Shown here: positions 10,601 to 20,217 of the stretch, in pieces
Position numbering within the stretch: position 1 is the first letter of the stretch
How the letters are laid out: each line of letters opens with the position of its first letter
DNA from: a virus
Direction: 5' to 3' (one strand)
Virus record (IMG/VR): IMGVR_UViG_3300046002_005654
Span: 1-64,000 of that record
Length of the DNA stretch: 64,000 nt
Program-made: the position numbers and the translations under genes
Notes under the pieces: model-generated
Seen by the model: the letters and a program-made list of their open reading frames with translations, nothing else
What the model was told of the DNA's origin: nothing
Database searches by the model: none

Positions 10601-12101
10601 GATCTTCTGCTATAACATATTTTTGAGAATCACCAGTTGGTTTAAACATTTCATTTTCTGAAAAAGAATATGTAATATTATTATGAACTACAGATGCGGT
10701 TCTAAATGATTTTCTTAAATTGTTATTTAAATTATTAACAGCGCCACTGAATGATTTAGTGTATAAAGTAATAGCCTTCCATTGATTGTTTTTTTCTAGA
10801 TTTTTAATTTCATTCAATAAATCTTCAAATCCTTTTATAAATTTATCTTTTTCTTCTTTATTTTTTGTATTTATAGACGACTTGGTTCTTGTTATAAGTT
10901 GAGTTATTCTATCTATTGTTTGATCTATAGTGTGTTGTAATTGTTTAGCTATAGTATCTAATTCTATATTTTTATTGTCAATTTTTTGCTCAGATATTAA
11001 ATTATCAGAAACATCAACACCTACATAATTTCTTCTATCAGCTTCTACAAAATCAATTATAGATTCTATTAAATTATTAGCTTCTTTTGATTTAGCCATT
11101 CCAATTAACCTTCTAAAACTATTGATAAAATTAATCCAAAAACTAGTTTCATGTTCAGAATCTAAATCTTTTAATTCTTGTCTAAAATCAGGATTTGAAT
11201 ATATTTCAGCAATAAATTCTAATTCATTTTCAAAACCATAAGATTGGTTTTCTTTTGAATAACCCCCAGTCTTTCTAACGCTTTTATCTACCTGCTTATT
11301 AAAGTATTTATTAAACTGACTTTTTATTAAAGAACTAAATTCTCTTTCTTCAAAAGTAACTGGGTTTTTTATAGCTTGTATTGATTGAGCATGAGATATT
11401 TCATGTAAAATAGATTTGATTATCTCTCTCGGGCTATGATTTTTAATCCTATTCTTACTTATTTCAATCGTATTTGTCTTATTTTTTATTTGCATTAAAG
11501 TATCTAGGTTTTTCATATCTTCATCAGATACAAATTTAAATCTAGCTCCAGTCTTTCCAAATAACCTTCTTGATTTTTGAATCAATTCTTTTCCAATAGG
11601 ACTTAAATCATTAAAATTTTTAAGTATATTTTCAAGTATCTCATCTATAGTTAAATTTTCTTCTTTACCTCCAAATATAATTCTTTCATGCTCATGCGTA
11701 TAGTCTTTTTTAAAACTATTAACTTTTTCTTCTATAAAATTAACGCCTTTTAAAAGCATATCTTTCATTTCTAATGTGTCATCTACAAATTCAGAAAAAT
11801 TTTTTTTAGATGCAAAATCTCTATTTTTATTTTCAGACAATTTTAATAAATTAACATTTATTTCATTATTATTATTAGATATAAATTCATTTTCATTTAT
11901 ACTATCAATAAATTCATCTTGTCTTATTTTTTGCTTAGTTCCTTCTTTACTAAAATTATATTGTTTATTTTTATTTAAGGTAAATAGCTTAGAGTTTTTA
12001 ATTGCCTTCCAAGTTTCTATTCCTTTTTCATTTAACCTATCAGCTTCTTCAGGATTTTTTTCTCTTAAAGCTTTTTCAACATATTGAAAAGTACAACTCA
12101 T
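7608..12101 (-). CDS. Giant virion-ejected protein (third of the crAss-type large trio) with an N-terminal zincin-like metallopeptidase domain
   Basis: 1497 aa, downstream of the virion RNAP; LHEISHA (HExxH) plus downstream EFIAE; hydrophobic segment near the C-terminus. Confidence 0.7.
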   Translation of the reverse strand: MSCTFQYVEKALREKNPEEADRLNEKGIETWKAIKNSKLFTLNKNKQYNFSKEGTKQKIRQDEFIDSINENEFISNNNNEINVNLLKLSENKNRDFASKKNFSEFVDDTLEMKDMLLKGVNFIEEKVNSFKKDYTHEHERIIFGGKEENLTIDEILENILKNFNDLSPIGKELIQKSRRLFGKTGARFKFVSDEDMKNLDTLMQIKNKTNTIEISKNRIKNHSPREIIKSILHEISHAQSIQAIKNPVTFEEREFSSLIKSQFNKYFNKQVDKSVRKTGGYSKENQSYGFENELEFIAEIYSNPDFRQELKDLDSEHETSFWINFINSFRRLIGMAKSKEANNLIESIIDFVEADRRNYVGVDVSDNLISEQKIDNKNIELDTIAKQLQHTIDQTIDRITQLITRTKSSINTKNKEEKDKFIKGFEDLLNEIKNLEKNNQWKAITLYTKSFSGAVNNLNNNLRKSFRTASVVHNNITYSFSENEMFKPTGDSQKYVIAEDLYEKYKDFDSVKQLVEKNLLDINDDLYDILDNKSNKDIGTQEMLETVNAYDEYLSAYDLLDEINSLIKRSQNDSTLDRKGKIQIEEIKNVLNGLEKNHKTLVAGFLNVKKAYAINLFAKPENNTKIVNIWKNKIYAEYAKLGIKSETKEAYFGRMISTKYKEAYNNALLEDASKVIYDPYFDISSMVSKASDLLNINSPLINLMSNIVGKIRDSIITAYHDKQFEMSKIFDKYSKKYGQNSQSKMFGNIVQLSKNGTYYLKSEYTTDFLDSVENELYPILNEIKEAIASHEGFFGNQKELRKQLREDDEYQVLRKKRAAWFKEHTIIINNSTQPKIKYRNKELSKEELELLNYFKSETEKNNKESYDGKMSLIRKTYGAVYYKLPSVTKSDLERTLEGDVKGQFKDKWTDLTNTKADDINYGKAIGENNKEKNVIKIGYRSRVEAKEQSLDLFTVYRKEALNAINYREKKSKENQLKLFVDIAKDKDYKQRSKSTGKWLQNKYAENSLGETFSGEHSNELKKIEDLLETHLYDILSYSGEKIFGTNIEAAKAASMVNGFAASIAMTANLGSGVVNVANGVTQMFMEAVGGEYFNRENLRKAEYNYGKNLMSILEDLNQPVKKSFHNQMLDMFDIFGGFDTATQEFIRNSYAKKIISTHSMNGLNEMGEHMMNSILTEAILRDIKVMNKSRQFIDKDGNVVDEKKSASLFDMLSLNTDGKLVMSDKVVYTKKNLDTEYHKGGKTHINYLIKKKGHDIFGVYDPLMKASIAKTWWGKTIMMFKNFFLSGLEYRYKGVSSSLKSKDELTDDDISFNNAQQEFTEGIYTSFTRFFVNGVIPALKNLSISYMKDNYNSLSDYEKSNLNKTTLEIGLTMVILPLVGYILALAKTGDDDDKLFFALYVFRRLESELSQFRDPRELNRMIQNPVAANRFIQNALTSVSDIISPLNFAPKNNEVFFDYLSEDAKHKNIIVKHLKKTFPLTAQMDKEYQKLYNLIDK

Positions 12102-12115
12102 ATATTATATATTTA

Positions 12116-12135
12116 AAGGGGTTTTTAAGCCCCTT
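12116..12135 (-). terminator. Weak hairpin terminator after ferritin
   Basis: AAGGGG-cttaaaaa-CCCCTT followed by a short T tract on the minus strand. Confidence 0.5.
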
Positions 12136-12142
12136 GTTTAAA

Positions 12143-12625
12143 TTAAAAATTATCTCCGATATATTTATCAAGAATTAAATTATCATTGCTTAAATTAGAT
12201 ATATCTACTAAGTTGTAAACCTCATCCATTTCTACTCTTTGAATTTCATTGTATTTTTGACCAAGAGCGAATAATGTCCAGTCTTTCCATTCTAATGCTT
12301 TATTAGTAATATCTAAGCATTGAGTAGTAATTAAAACTTCATGGTCAAATGTTTTCTGTATAATATCTTTTAAATCTTTAAAGTTATTTACCGGCTCTTC
12401 AATCACCATTAGTTCTGGCATTATATTAAATGACAAAAGGTAATCTTTAGCTATTTCGGAATGTTCTAATTCTTCAGAAGAAAATTTAGACCAAACTTTA
12501 GCACAATTAAGAAATGAAGCATTTTGAAGCCAAGCAGCCATTTGTTCGTAAACTTTAGAACTGTATTGTTCTTGTTGAATTCTGTAATTAAGTAAATCAA
12601 TTACTTCTTGTGTTATAAATTTCAT
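12143..12625 (-). CDS. ftnA: Ferritin (non-haem FtnA type)
   Basis: 160-aa four-helix pattern with ferroxidase ligands: QQE, VY, EELEH, HEVL, IQRVE. Confidence 0.85.
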   Translation of the reverse strand: MKFITQEVIDLLNYRIQQEQYSSKVYEQMAAWLQNASFLNCAKVWSKFSSEELEHSEIAKDYLLSFNIMPELMVIEEPVNNFKDLKDIIQKTFDHEVLITTQCLDITNKALEWKDWTLFALGQKYNEIQRVEMDEVYNLVDISNLSNDNLILDKYIGDNF

Positions 12626-12643
12626 ATTTTTTATTTTATTTTA

Positions 12644-15600
12644 TTAAATACAATCCATATCAGGATTTCCATAATCTATTGAGCCTAAATCAAAATCTTC
12701 ATCAATTATTGTTTCTGCATTTTCATTATCAAACCTAATTTCTATTTGATTTTCGTTATAAGAAAAATCTTCAGTAGTTTCAGATAGTTTATTTTGAATT
12801 TTAGGAGTTTCTCCAGTATTGTCTATACCTATTTCAGAAAGTTTTTCATTAAGATAGTTCCAAATTTTAGGAGCACTGTCTTTCATATTAGAAATAGCTC
12901 CTTTTCCAAACGGCATTTCTGCTCCAAATTTAATTCCCTTGTAATTAGAAACAGCTTCTTTAATGGTGTTTATTTCATCGTCGATAATCTCTTTATATTT
13001 TTCAAAATTATTATCATTCCACTGAGTTCTTTTATCGTCTACCATTGTAGTAATTGGATAAACATTTTCAAGTCCTCTTGCGACGGCTTGAGTTTTACTT
13101 GCGTATTTTTTATCTGTTCCATACTTTTTAGCATACCAACTACCAGGATCAATAGTCCCAGAACCAGATGTTCTTCCTGCATTATCTGTAAATAAATATA
13201 AATAATCACTATCTTTTTCTGCTGATTCTCTTGTAAATCTTTGTGATTCAGTTAATGGAATTAATTCATTAGATCTAATTTTTTTATTATCAACTAAATT
13301 TTCTTTAGATAAATTTTTAGTTACATCATTAATTTCACTTTCTAACTTATCAACGTTTATTAAACCCTCTACTTCATAATAAATATTTGCAGTTACTAAA
13401 TTTCCTGTATTAGTTTCAAATTCAACTTGATATTTAATATCTTCTTTTTTACCATCAACTTCTCTCCATACAATAGGTATTGCATTACCAGTAACCGTGG
13501 CTGAAAAAGAAGTTTTATATTTATCATACTTAATAGTAACTTTTCTTCCTTTATTATCTTTAGCTAAATCACTTAAATCGTACTTTCTGGTAGAATCACT
13601 TTTTTCTAAAGCAACAGATTCCATTATTTTTGGTAATAATGTTTCATTAGATTGAATAATAGTAGTCTTTTGCCTATCGCTAACTACTAAACTTTGTAAC
13701 CTAAGAGATTCGTCTGTAACTAATTCATTAGCGTCAGTATAGTTGTTTAAATTCTTTTTATTAAGTTTGTAAGAAACCTCGTCAATTCTTTTATAAATAC
13801 CTCTTTCTTCTATATCATAACCTATTAATTTATAATATTTAGGTTTTGGAGTTACATTATTTTCAAATTGTTCTTGAGATTGTGAAGTAGGTATTTCTAC
13901 ATAATAACCAGTTTTTCCAGGCTCTAAAACTATAAATCCATTATTTAAATTATATTTTTCAATACCATTTTTATCTTTGTAAGCTGTAAAAGGATTAAAT
14001 AAATTGTTTTCAAAAACATTTTTTACTAATTTTTTATCAGTTAAATTATTTAAATAAAACTTATCTAAAAAATCTTGTTGATTACCTTGTATAAATTTAT
14101 TAACTAAATTATTAATATCTTTTTGTATAAAATATTCAGAAGGTATATATGTAAAAAATTGACTAGTATTCATTTGAAAACCAGAAGTGGCAAATGAGTA
14201 TTTAATTAAGTCTTCAGCTAATTTTGGATTATCAATAATTAAATCTTTCCAAGAATTCGTAAATAAAGTTTCGTAAGAAGATGATTTTTTTCTATTATTT
14301 AAAAATATACTAGAATCATAAGCTTTTGAATTACTTACTTTAACATTTAATTCATCTAATATAAAATATTTATCTTTATTAGCTTCTGTAAATTTCTTTA
14401 ATCTTAACGGAAGGTCTTTTAACAAATCAGTAGTTTCTTCGCTTGATAAATCAAAGAATTTACTTAATGCATAAGTATTATATTCTTTAGACAACTTAGT
14501 TATTAACTCTTCATTAGTTAATTTATTTCCATATAAATCTTTAGAAACTTCATTAAAAATATCTTGAACTTGATCGGTTCCTGTTGGAAATAACAAAGGA
14601 TTATTCTGTACTACATTTTTAACCCATTCCAAGCTATTTAAATAAGCTTCTAATGTTGTGCCTTGAAATTTAGTTTCAAAGCCTTTAATGGAGCCTTTAA
14701 CACCATTTTCAACCTTACCTAAAATTTGTTCTTTTAAATTAAATATAGAGAATAAATCATTATGACTTTTACCCATTCCGTCAGTATCTAATTTAGATAC
14801 CATTACATTTTCTCTCACATTCTTACTATACTCTTGCATTTCTTTAAAAGTATTAAGTAAATTTATTTGAAAATTAATATCTGGAGTTTTAGTTTTAATT
14901 TGATTTCTAAAATATTCTAAATTTAATAAATATTCATTCCATTGTAAATTTTTATTATCAAATATATTTAATTTATTAGGAGCAAAAGCTATCTCGTGCT
15001 GTTTTTTCATATTATCTACAATACTATTCAAAACATCATCAGATACCTTTAGTTTTTTAACTAATGATTGAAAAGTTTTCTCAAATAAAGTATTTATTTC
15101 TGATGTTTTAGTAGTAAATTCGTCTATAGATATTTCATTATGATCATATAGTTGTTGTAATCTAGTTTTTTTATAATCTACATTAAGTTTATTAAAGTAA
15201 TCTTTATATAATTGACCTAGATCTAAATTATAATCTTTAACTTGGCTTAAAGCATCTATTACAATTTGTTTTTTAAATTTCTCAATACTATCTCCAGTAT
15301 CAGTCCCTTCTGTTAAACTTTCTTTAGATTTTTGAAAATCTACATGTTGTTTAATTATTGGATTTGCTAAGAAATTTATAACATATAATGGATGCGCACC
15401 TAATCTTAGAAGCATATTACCTACATTTGTAGTAGACAGCGTCCAATTACCTTTAGAGATATATGGATCTTTTGCTATATCTACAAAAGCATTAAGTATA
15501 GCTGTTAAAGAATCTCCAATTTTAACTTCTTTTAATGTTTTTTTAAGAGCGTCTTTTTGTTCTTGAGAAGTTCCTTTTTTAACCATGTCATTTACATAAT

Positions 15601-18600
15601 AATCCAAATCTTCTTCAGATAATTCTTTAGAATACTCTCTATCAAATTCAGCATCTCCAGATTCATTTTTCCATCCCCATAATATATCTTTAACGTTATA
15701 AAGAGATAAATCACCTTCTCTGCTTATATCAACTAAGGCATTAGCTTCTTGTCCTACACCAGCTTTACCACCTAAAAATGAATATCTAAGTTTAGTATCT
15801 ACTTCTGGGTCAAAAGCATTCATAAATATTGTTGATTTTTCAGGATACAAAGCATTAAGTTCTTTTTCCATGAAATCTATATCAATAGGCTTCATTACTT
15901 CTTTATGGACATCTGTATTAGTAAGAACTGATTTGTATAATTCAATTAATCTATTTTGAAGACCTTTTTTAGTTATATTATTTTCATCATAATCAACATA
16001 TTCTAAAAGTTTACTATTTTCCTTTCTTATTACAGCAGGAAACATTATATACATTTTATCAACATCAAAATCAGAACCAGTTTTAGTAGTTATACCAGTA
16101 TAAGCTACTATTGTATCTCCAGAAGATTCTGGCAAAATTCCAACAATTCTTAAAGCGTCATTAGAAGCTAATCCTTGGTTAGGAATACGATATCCAATAA
16201 TATTTTCTTGTATTTTTTTACTAATGATTGGCTCACCACCATTATAACTTACAAATAATTCCTCGTTTGTAAATTTATGACCATCTTTATCTTCTTTATT
16301 CCAACCAGGAATATATTTAGATAAAAACGCTCCAGAGATTAATACTCCTCCAGGTTTAACTGTAGGCCTTAATGTTTCTGGATGAATGTAAATATATGGT
16401 TCATTAGTAGTTTCATCCGCTAACGGAGACCATCTAACTCCTTTTCCTTCAGCCTCAGTTTTATTCATTCCAAAATTAGACATTTGGATAAATGAACCTC
16501 CATTAGTTTTTATTTTAACCAATCTACTATTCATTACAGCGGCAAATATATTAAATAATTTACTAGAAGATTGTGGTATGCCTATGATTGTAGTTTGAGC
16601 TTTCAAGGCCTTTATAACATTATCAGAACCACCTCTTTTTTTCAATTCATCTATTAATGTATTGTAAAATCCAGAAATGTCTCCAATTTTAAAATCATCA
16701 CTTATTTTAAACTCTTCTTTTAATGATTTAAGTCCATTATTTGTTAAACCAGTAACTGTTTCTACAATCTTATCTATTATATTTCTACCAGTATATAACT
16801 GTCCATCTAATTCAAAATTACTAAGTTCTTGATTATGTAATAATCCTGCAAATATATTTTTTTGAATTTGAGAGCCTACGGCTGTATCTTTAAATGTTTT
16901 AGTTGGCAAGTCTTGTTGAAGCTTCCAACCTCTATTATACAAAGTTTGTGTATTTAACTGAAAATCTTCTTTTATGTTACCGTCTTCATCGTGAATTTTA
17001 GTTGGTTCAATAGACCCTACTTTAACTCCGTCAAATGTAATAACTTCGTCAATTTGTTCAGATGTCATTTTATTTAACAATCTTTCTAAATCAGAACCTT
17101 TAACTAAAGCATGAGACATTACTGCTTGTGAATACTTTAAATAAACTGGCTTACCTTGTTTATCTCTATAAAAATAAACGCCTTTTAAAGGCTGTGCTGC
17201 AAGTTTTAATTCTTTTTGACTATATATAACACCTTCTTCAGAATCATCCATCATTTTACGATAAACTGATTCATGACTATCTTTACCAGTAGTCCATTTA
17301 CCTAAAGATTTAATTAAAAACTTCCATCTTTTAGGAGTTATCCAAGCCTGCGCATCAGCACTATTAATTTTTTCATAAGGTTTTGCGCCAACTTCACCTA
17401 AATCTTCTACTAATTTATCGTAAAAAGGAGAACTTCTCATTACGCTTTGGATAGTGGCTATTTTAAATGTTTCATTCCATTCATTAACCCTTAATTGCAA
17501 TCCATCAGTATATGTTGCCGGTACACGTTTTTTATAATCAATCATATTCTTATAAAAAGCAACATCGCCAGTAAACATTTTTGAGTACTCTATATTTTGA
17601 ATAAGCCCATTAACCATGAAGTCAGATGCAACAGCATAAGCTTTTTGTAATTCACTTATGTTTTTATACTGATTATATAATATTTTAGAATCTATTTTAT
17701 TGGGAACTAAATTACCTTCTTCATTTCTAACTAAAATATCAGAACTTTGTAAATAAGCTATTGTTTGACCAAATCTATTATCTAAATTTTCTTCCAAATA
17801 TTGATCAAATAAATTATCTAAATCTACATTAGAACCTCTTTCTATTTTTTGAAAATTTAAATTTCCATCAGTATATAATAGGTCTGTTATAGATTTTTCT
17901 AAATCAGTTTGATCTTTAGAATTTTTTGATAATTTTTCAAAATATTGAGATTTAAAAGCATTACCTGATTTATCATAAATATTTGGATTTATAATTAAAT
18001 TACCTTCCTTATCTTTTATTTGATATTGATAATGATAATGAGGAGTTAACTTCAAACTTCCATCTAACATCGCATCTTCAACTTCTTTATTAGCTTCAAG
18101 CATTCTATGATATTCAGAAGCAAAATATTCAAAAAATATTTTTTTAGTTTTTTTAGTTAAAGTTAAACTTCCATTTTTTATACCATTATAAGAAGAAACT
18201 GGTAAATTAAATTTAATCTGCAGTTCTGTTGTTTTATCAGCCTGTGTTGTTGTTCTTGTAAAATCTCCTGAAATTACCTTATTTATATAATCTGTTAAAT
18301 AATCTTTATAAGCTAAATCTGTAGTTTTTTTATAATCAGATTCAGTACTCATTTGATTCATTACTCCTAAATCAATTTTATCTAAAAGTTTTCTAGAAAC
18401 TTCTATTTGCTCTTCTTTATTGTTATATTGAAGTTTATCTCCATTACTATTAATAGTTCCTGATAATACGCCCATGTAATAAGAGCCTAATTGATATTGA
18501 CCAGATTTATATAATCTAATTAACATTTCAGGTTTCTTTTTCCACTGTTTAATAGTGCTTGATAAATAAGATGGGTATGAGTAAATCCATTTCTGATTAC

Positions 18601-20170
18601 CACCTGTAAAGATAGTTGCATCAGATCCTTCAGACATCATAAAAGCTTCAGCAGACGCTAATTTACTTAATGTTTGAGATAGTCCAATAAATGTACTATA
18701 ATTAGTTGATGTAGAAGAATATTTATCTTTTATGCCTTTTAATACATATTCCGTTTGTTCTACAAGAGTTTGCAAATTATTTGTCATAGAAGGTAAAGAA
18801 ATGTCTTTGCCAAAATTATCTAAATATATTTGAAGACCGTCTTCTGAAGTCTCTACTCCTATTACTTTTAATATTTTTGTAATATCATTTACAAATCCTT
18901 CAAACTTAATTTCGCTTTCTTTTAAATTTTCATTAGAAACATCTTTTAAAGACTTTTTAAAAGATTCTATTTTTTTAGACAATTCTTTAACAACTACTAA
19001 TCCTTTAGATAATCTATCGTTAGAGCCGTCTTTTAATTTATTAGTTACTCCTAAAAAGTTTTTCTGAAAATTTTCATCCCATTGCTCTTTTATCTGAGTA
19101 GTTTTTGAGCCAGTATCGGATATTTGAATAACACTATGAGAAACTGTTTTATCTTTATTAATAGTAAACTGTGTTACTATATGATTATTTTTAATTAAAT
19201 TAAATGCTTGACTAAATTCACTTTTTTGATTCTCTGTTATATCAGGATTGTTTAAATATCCATGTAATTCAGTTAAAAAAGGTTTCTTTGCTAATATGCG
19301 ATTTAAAGCATCTTTATGAAGGTTAAATATATCTTCACCAGGTAATGCAATTTCGTCGCTTAAAACTCCTTGTAATGCAGAGTAAACCATATCTCTGCTT
19401 AAAAAAGTAGGTTCATTCCATATAGGATCTAAGTTTTCATTATCTTTAAGTAAACTAAGTCTTAATTTAACATTAGTACTTACACTTTTCTTCGTACTTC
19501 TTTCAGCTGAATCTTGATTAAACACGGGATCCTTACCTTCATCTTCACTTTCTAATACAACACCATTAGCATCATCTTCAACTAACTCAATGTTCATTTC
19601 TTTAAAGAAATTTGTTACATTATCAGACAATTCATCTATATGATTTAAAGCCTCTTCTAAACTTAATGCTGCAAAATATTCCCCTTCTTCTTCTAAACTA
19701 GCAATTTTTTCTTTAATTTCTTTAGTTATAAATTGACTAATTCTTGGAAGAGATTCCATTTCACTAAAATCAATATTATTAAAATCTAATTTAGCACTTG
19801 ACTTAGTAAAATAAGCTAATGCTAATCTAGATTTAATTTTATTAATTTGATCGTATGACCATATAGCGCGTAACCCTCTATCAACTAGAGGGAAATACAC
19901 CTGTTCTTTATCTTTATTTAAATAATAATGTTTTTTAGCGGTTTCGTTATAAAATAACTTAGGCTCACCATTTTCATCTGTTCTATCTGAAATAACATTG
20001 TTATTATAATCTTCTACAAAATCTCCAAAATCTTTTTTAAATATTTCGCTTTTAAAATGACTAAACATTTTATCCGCCAATTCTTCGTTTGATTCTGCTA
20101 TTTTACTATAAATATCATTAAATAATAATGATTCAGATTTACCTGTTATTGCTATTCTTGTACACGCCAT
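12644..20170 (-). CDS. Virion-packaged single-chain DNA-dependent RNA polymerase (crAss-like, phi14:2 gp66 type) with C-terminal accessory domains
   Basis: 2508 aa; catalytic TGSDFDVDKMY at about 16050-16080, upstream GYRIPNQG, SADAQAWI, QPLKG, YLKYS and AFVDIAKDP motifs. Confidence 0.9.
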   Translation of the reverse strand: MACTRIAITGKSESLLFNDIYSKIAESNEELADKMFSHFKSEIFKKDFGDFVEDYNNNVISDRTDENGEPKLFYNETAKKHYYLNKDKEQVYFPLVDRGLRAIWSYDQINKIKSRLALAYFTKSSAKLDFNNIDFSEMESLPRISQFITKEIKEKIASLEEEGEYFAALSLEEALNHIDELSDNVTNFFKEMNIELVEDDANGVVLESEDEGKDPVFNQDSAERSTKKSVSTNVKLRLSLLKDNENLDPIWNEPTFLSRDMVYSALQGVLSDEIALPGEDIFNLHKDALNRILAKKPFLTELHGYLNNPDITENQKSEFSQAFNLIKNNHIVTQFTINKDKTVSHSVIQISDTGSKTTQIKEQWDENFQKNFLGVTNKLKDGSNDRLSKGLVVVKELSKKIESFKKSLKDVSNENLKESEIKFEGFVNDITKILKVIGVETSEDGLQIYLDNFGKDISLPSMTNNLQTLVEQTEYVLKGIKDKYSSTSTNYSTFIGLSQTLSKLASAEAFMMSEGSDATIFTGGNQKWIYSYPSYLSSTIKQWKKKPEMLIRLYKSGQYQLGSYYMGVLSGTINSNGDKLQYNNKEEQIEVSRKLLDKIDLGVMNQMSTESDYKKTTDLAYKDYLTDYINKVISGDFTRTTTQADKTTELQIKFNLPVSSYNGIKNGSLTLTKKTKKIFFEYFASEYHRMLEANKEVEDAMLDGSLKLTPHYHYQYQIKDKEGNLIINPNIYDKSGNAFKSQYFEKLSKNSKDQTDLEKSITDLLYTDGNLNFQKIERGSNVDLDNLFDQYLEENLDNRFGQTIAYLQSSDILVRNEEGNLVPNKIDSKILYNQYKNISELQKAYAVASDFMVNGLIQNIEYSKMFTGDVAFYKNMIDYKKRVPATYTDGLQLRVNEWNETFKIATIQSVMRSSPFYDKLVEDLGEVGAKPYEKINSADAQAWITPKRWKFLIKSLGKWTTGKDSHESVYRKMMDDSEEGVIYSQKELKLAAQPLKGVYFYRDKQGKPVYLKYSQAVMSHALVKGSDLERLLNKMTSEQIDEVITFDGVKVGSIEPTKIHDEDGNIKEDFQLNTQTLYNRGWKLQQDLPTKTFKDTAVGSQIQKNIFAGLLHNQELSNFELDGQLYTGRNIIDKIVETVTGLTNNGLKSLKEEFKISDDFKIGDISGFYNTLIDELKKRGGSDNVIKALKAQTTIIGIPQSSSKLFNIFAAVMNSRLVKIKTNGGSFIQMSNFGMNKTEAEGKGVRWSPLADETTNEPYIYIHPETLRPTVKPGGVLISGAFLSKYIPGWNKEDKDGHKFTNEELFVSYNGGEPIISKKIQENIIGYRIPNQGLASNDALRIVGILPESSGDTIVAYTGITTKTGSDFDVDKMYIMFPAVIRKENSKLLEYVDYDENNITKKGLQNRLIELYKSVLTNTDVHKEVMKPIDIDFMEKELNALYPEKSTIFMNAFDPEVDTKLRYSFLGGKAGVGQEANALVDISREGDLSLYNVKDILWGWKNESGDAEFDREYSKELSEEDLDYYVNDMVKKGTSQEQKDALKKTLKEVKIGDSLTAILNAFVDIAKDPYISKGNWTLSTTNVGNMLLRLGAHPLYVINFLANPIIKQHVDFQKSKESLTEGTDTGDSIEKFKKQIVIDALSQVKDYNLDLGQLYKDYFNKLNVDYKKTRLQQLYDHNEISIDEFTTKTSEINTLFEKTFQSLVKKLKVSDDVLNSIVDNMKKQHEIAFAPNKLNIFDNKNLQWNEYLLNLEYFRNQIKTKTPDINFQINLLNTFKEMQEYSKNVRENVMVSKLDTDGMGKSHNDLFSIFNLKEQILGKVENGVKGSIKGFETKFQGTTLEAYLNSLEWVKNVVQNNPLLFPTGTDQVQDIFNEVSKDLYGNKLTNEELITKLSKEYNTYALSKFFDLSSEETTDLLKDLPLRLKKFTEANKDKYFILDELNVKVSNSKAYDSSIFLNNRKKSSSYETLFTNSWKDLIIDNPKLAEDLIKYSFATSGFQMNTSQFFTYIPSEYFIQKDINNLVNKFIQGNQQDFLDKFYLNNLTDKKLVKNVFENNLFNPFTAYKDKNGIEKYNLNNGFIVLEPGKTGYYVEIPTSQSQEQFENNVTPKPKYYKLIGYDIEERGIYKRIDEVSYKLNKKNLNNYTDANELVTDESLRLQSLVVSDRQKTTIIQSNETLLPKIMESVALEKSDSTRKYDLSDLAKDNKGRKVTIKYDKYKTSFSATVTGNAIPIVWREVDGKKEDIKYQVEFETNTGNLVTANIYYEVEGLINVDKLESEINDVTKNLSKENLVDNKKIRSNELIPLTESQRFTRESAEKDSDYLYLFTDNAGRTSGSGTIDPGSWYAKKYGTDKKYASKTQAVARGLENVYPITTMVDDKRTQWNDNNFEKYKEIIDDEINTIKEAVSNYKGIKFGAEMPFGKGAISNMKDSAPKIWNYLNEKLSEIGIDNTGETPKIQNKLSETTEDFSYNENQIEIRFDNENAETIIDEDFDLGSIDYGNPDMDCI

Positions 20171-20185
20171 ATTTTATAATTTATA

Positions 20186-20217
20186 CAAATATACGAAACT
20201 AATTTCATAATTCCTAA
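20186..20217 (-). promoter_or_regulatory. Bacteroidota-type promoter upstream of the virion RNAP gene
   Basis: TATATTTG (TAnnTTTG -7 box) at 20193-20186; only a weak TTAG at the -33 position. Confidence 0.6.

Noticed and set aside
12143-12625. Ferritin-like ORF as a class I RNR beta subunit or Dps
   Set aside because: Too short for NrdB, ligand spacing matches FtnA, and the RNR present is class II.
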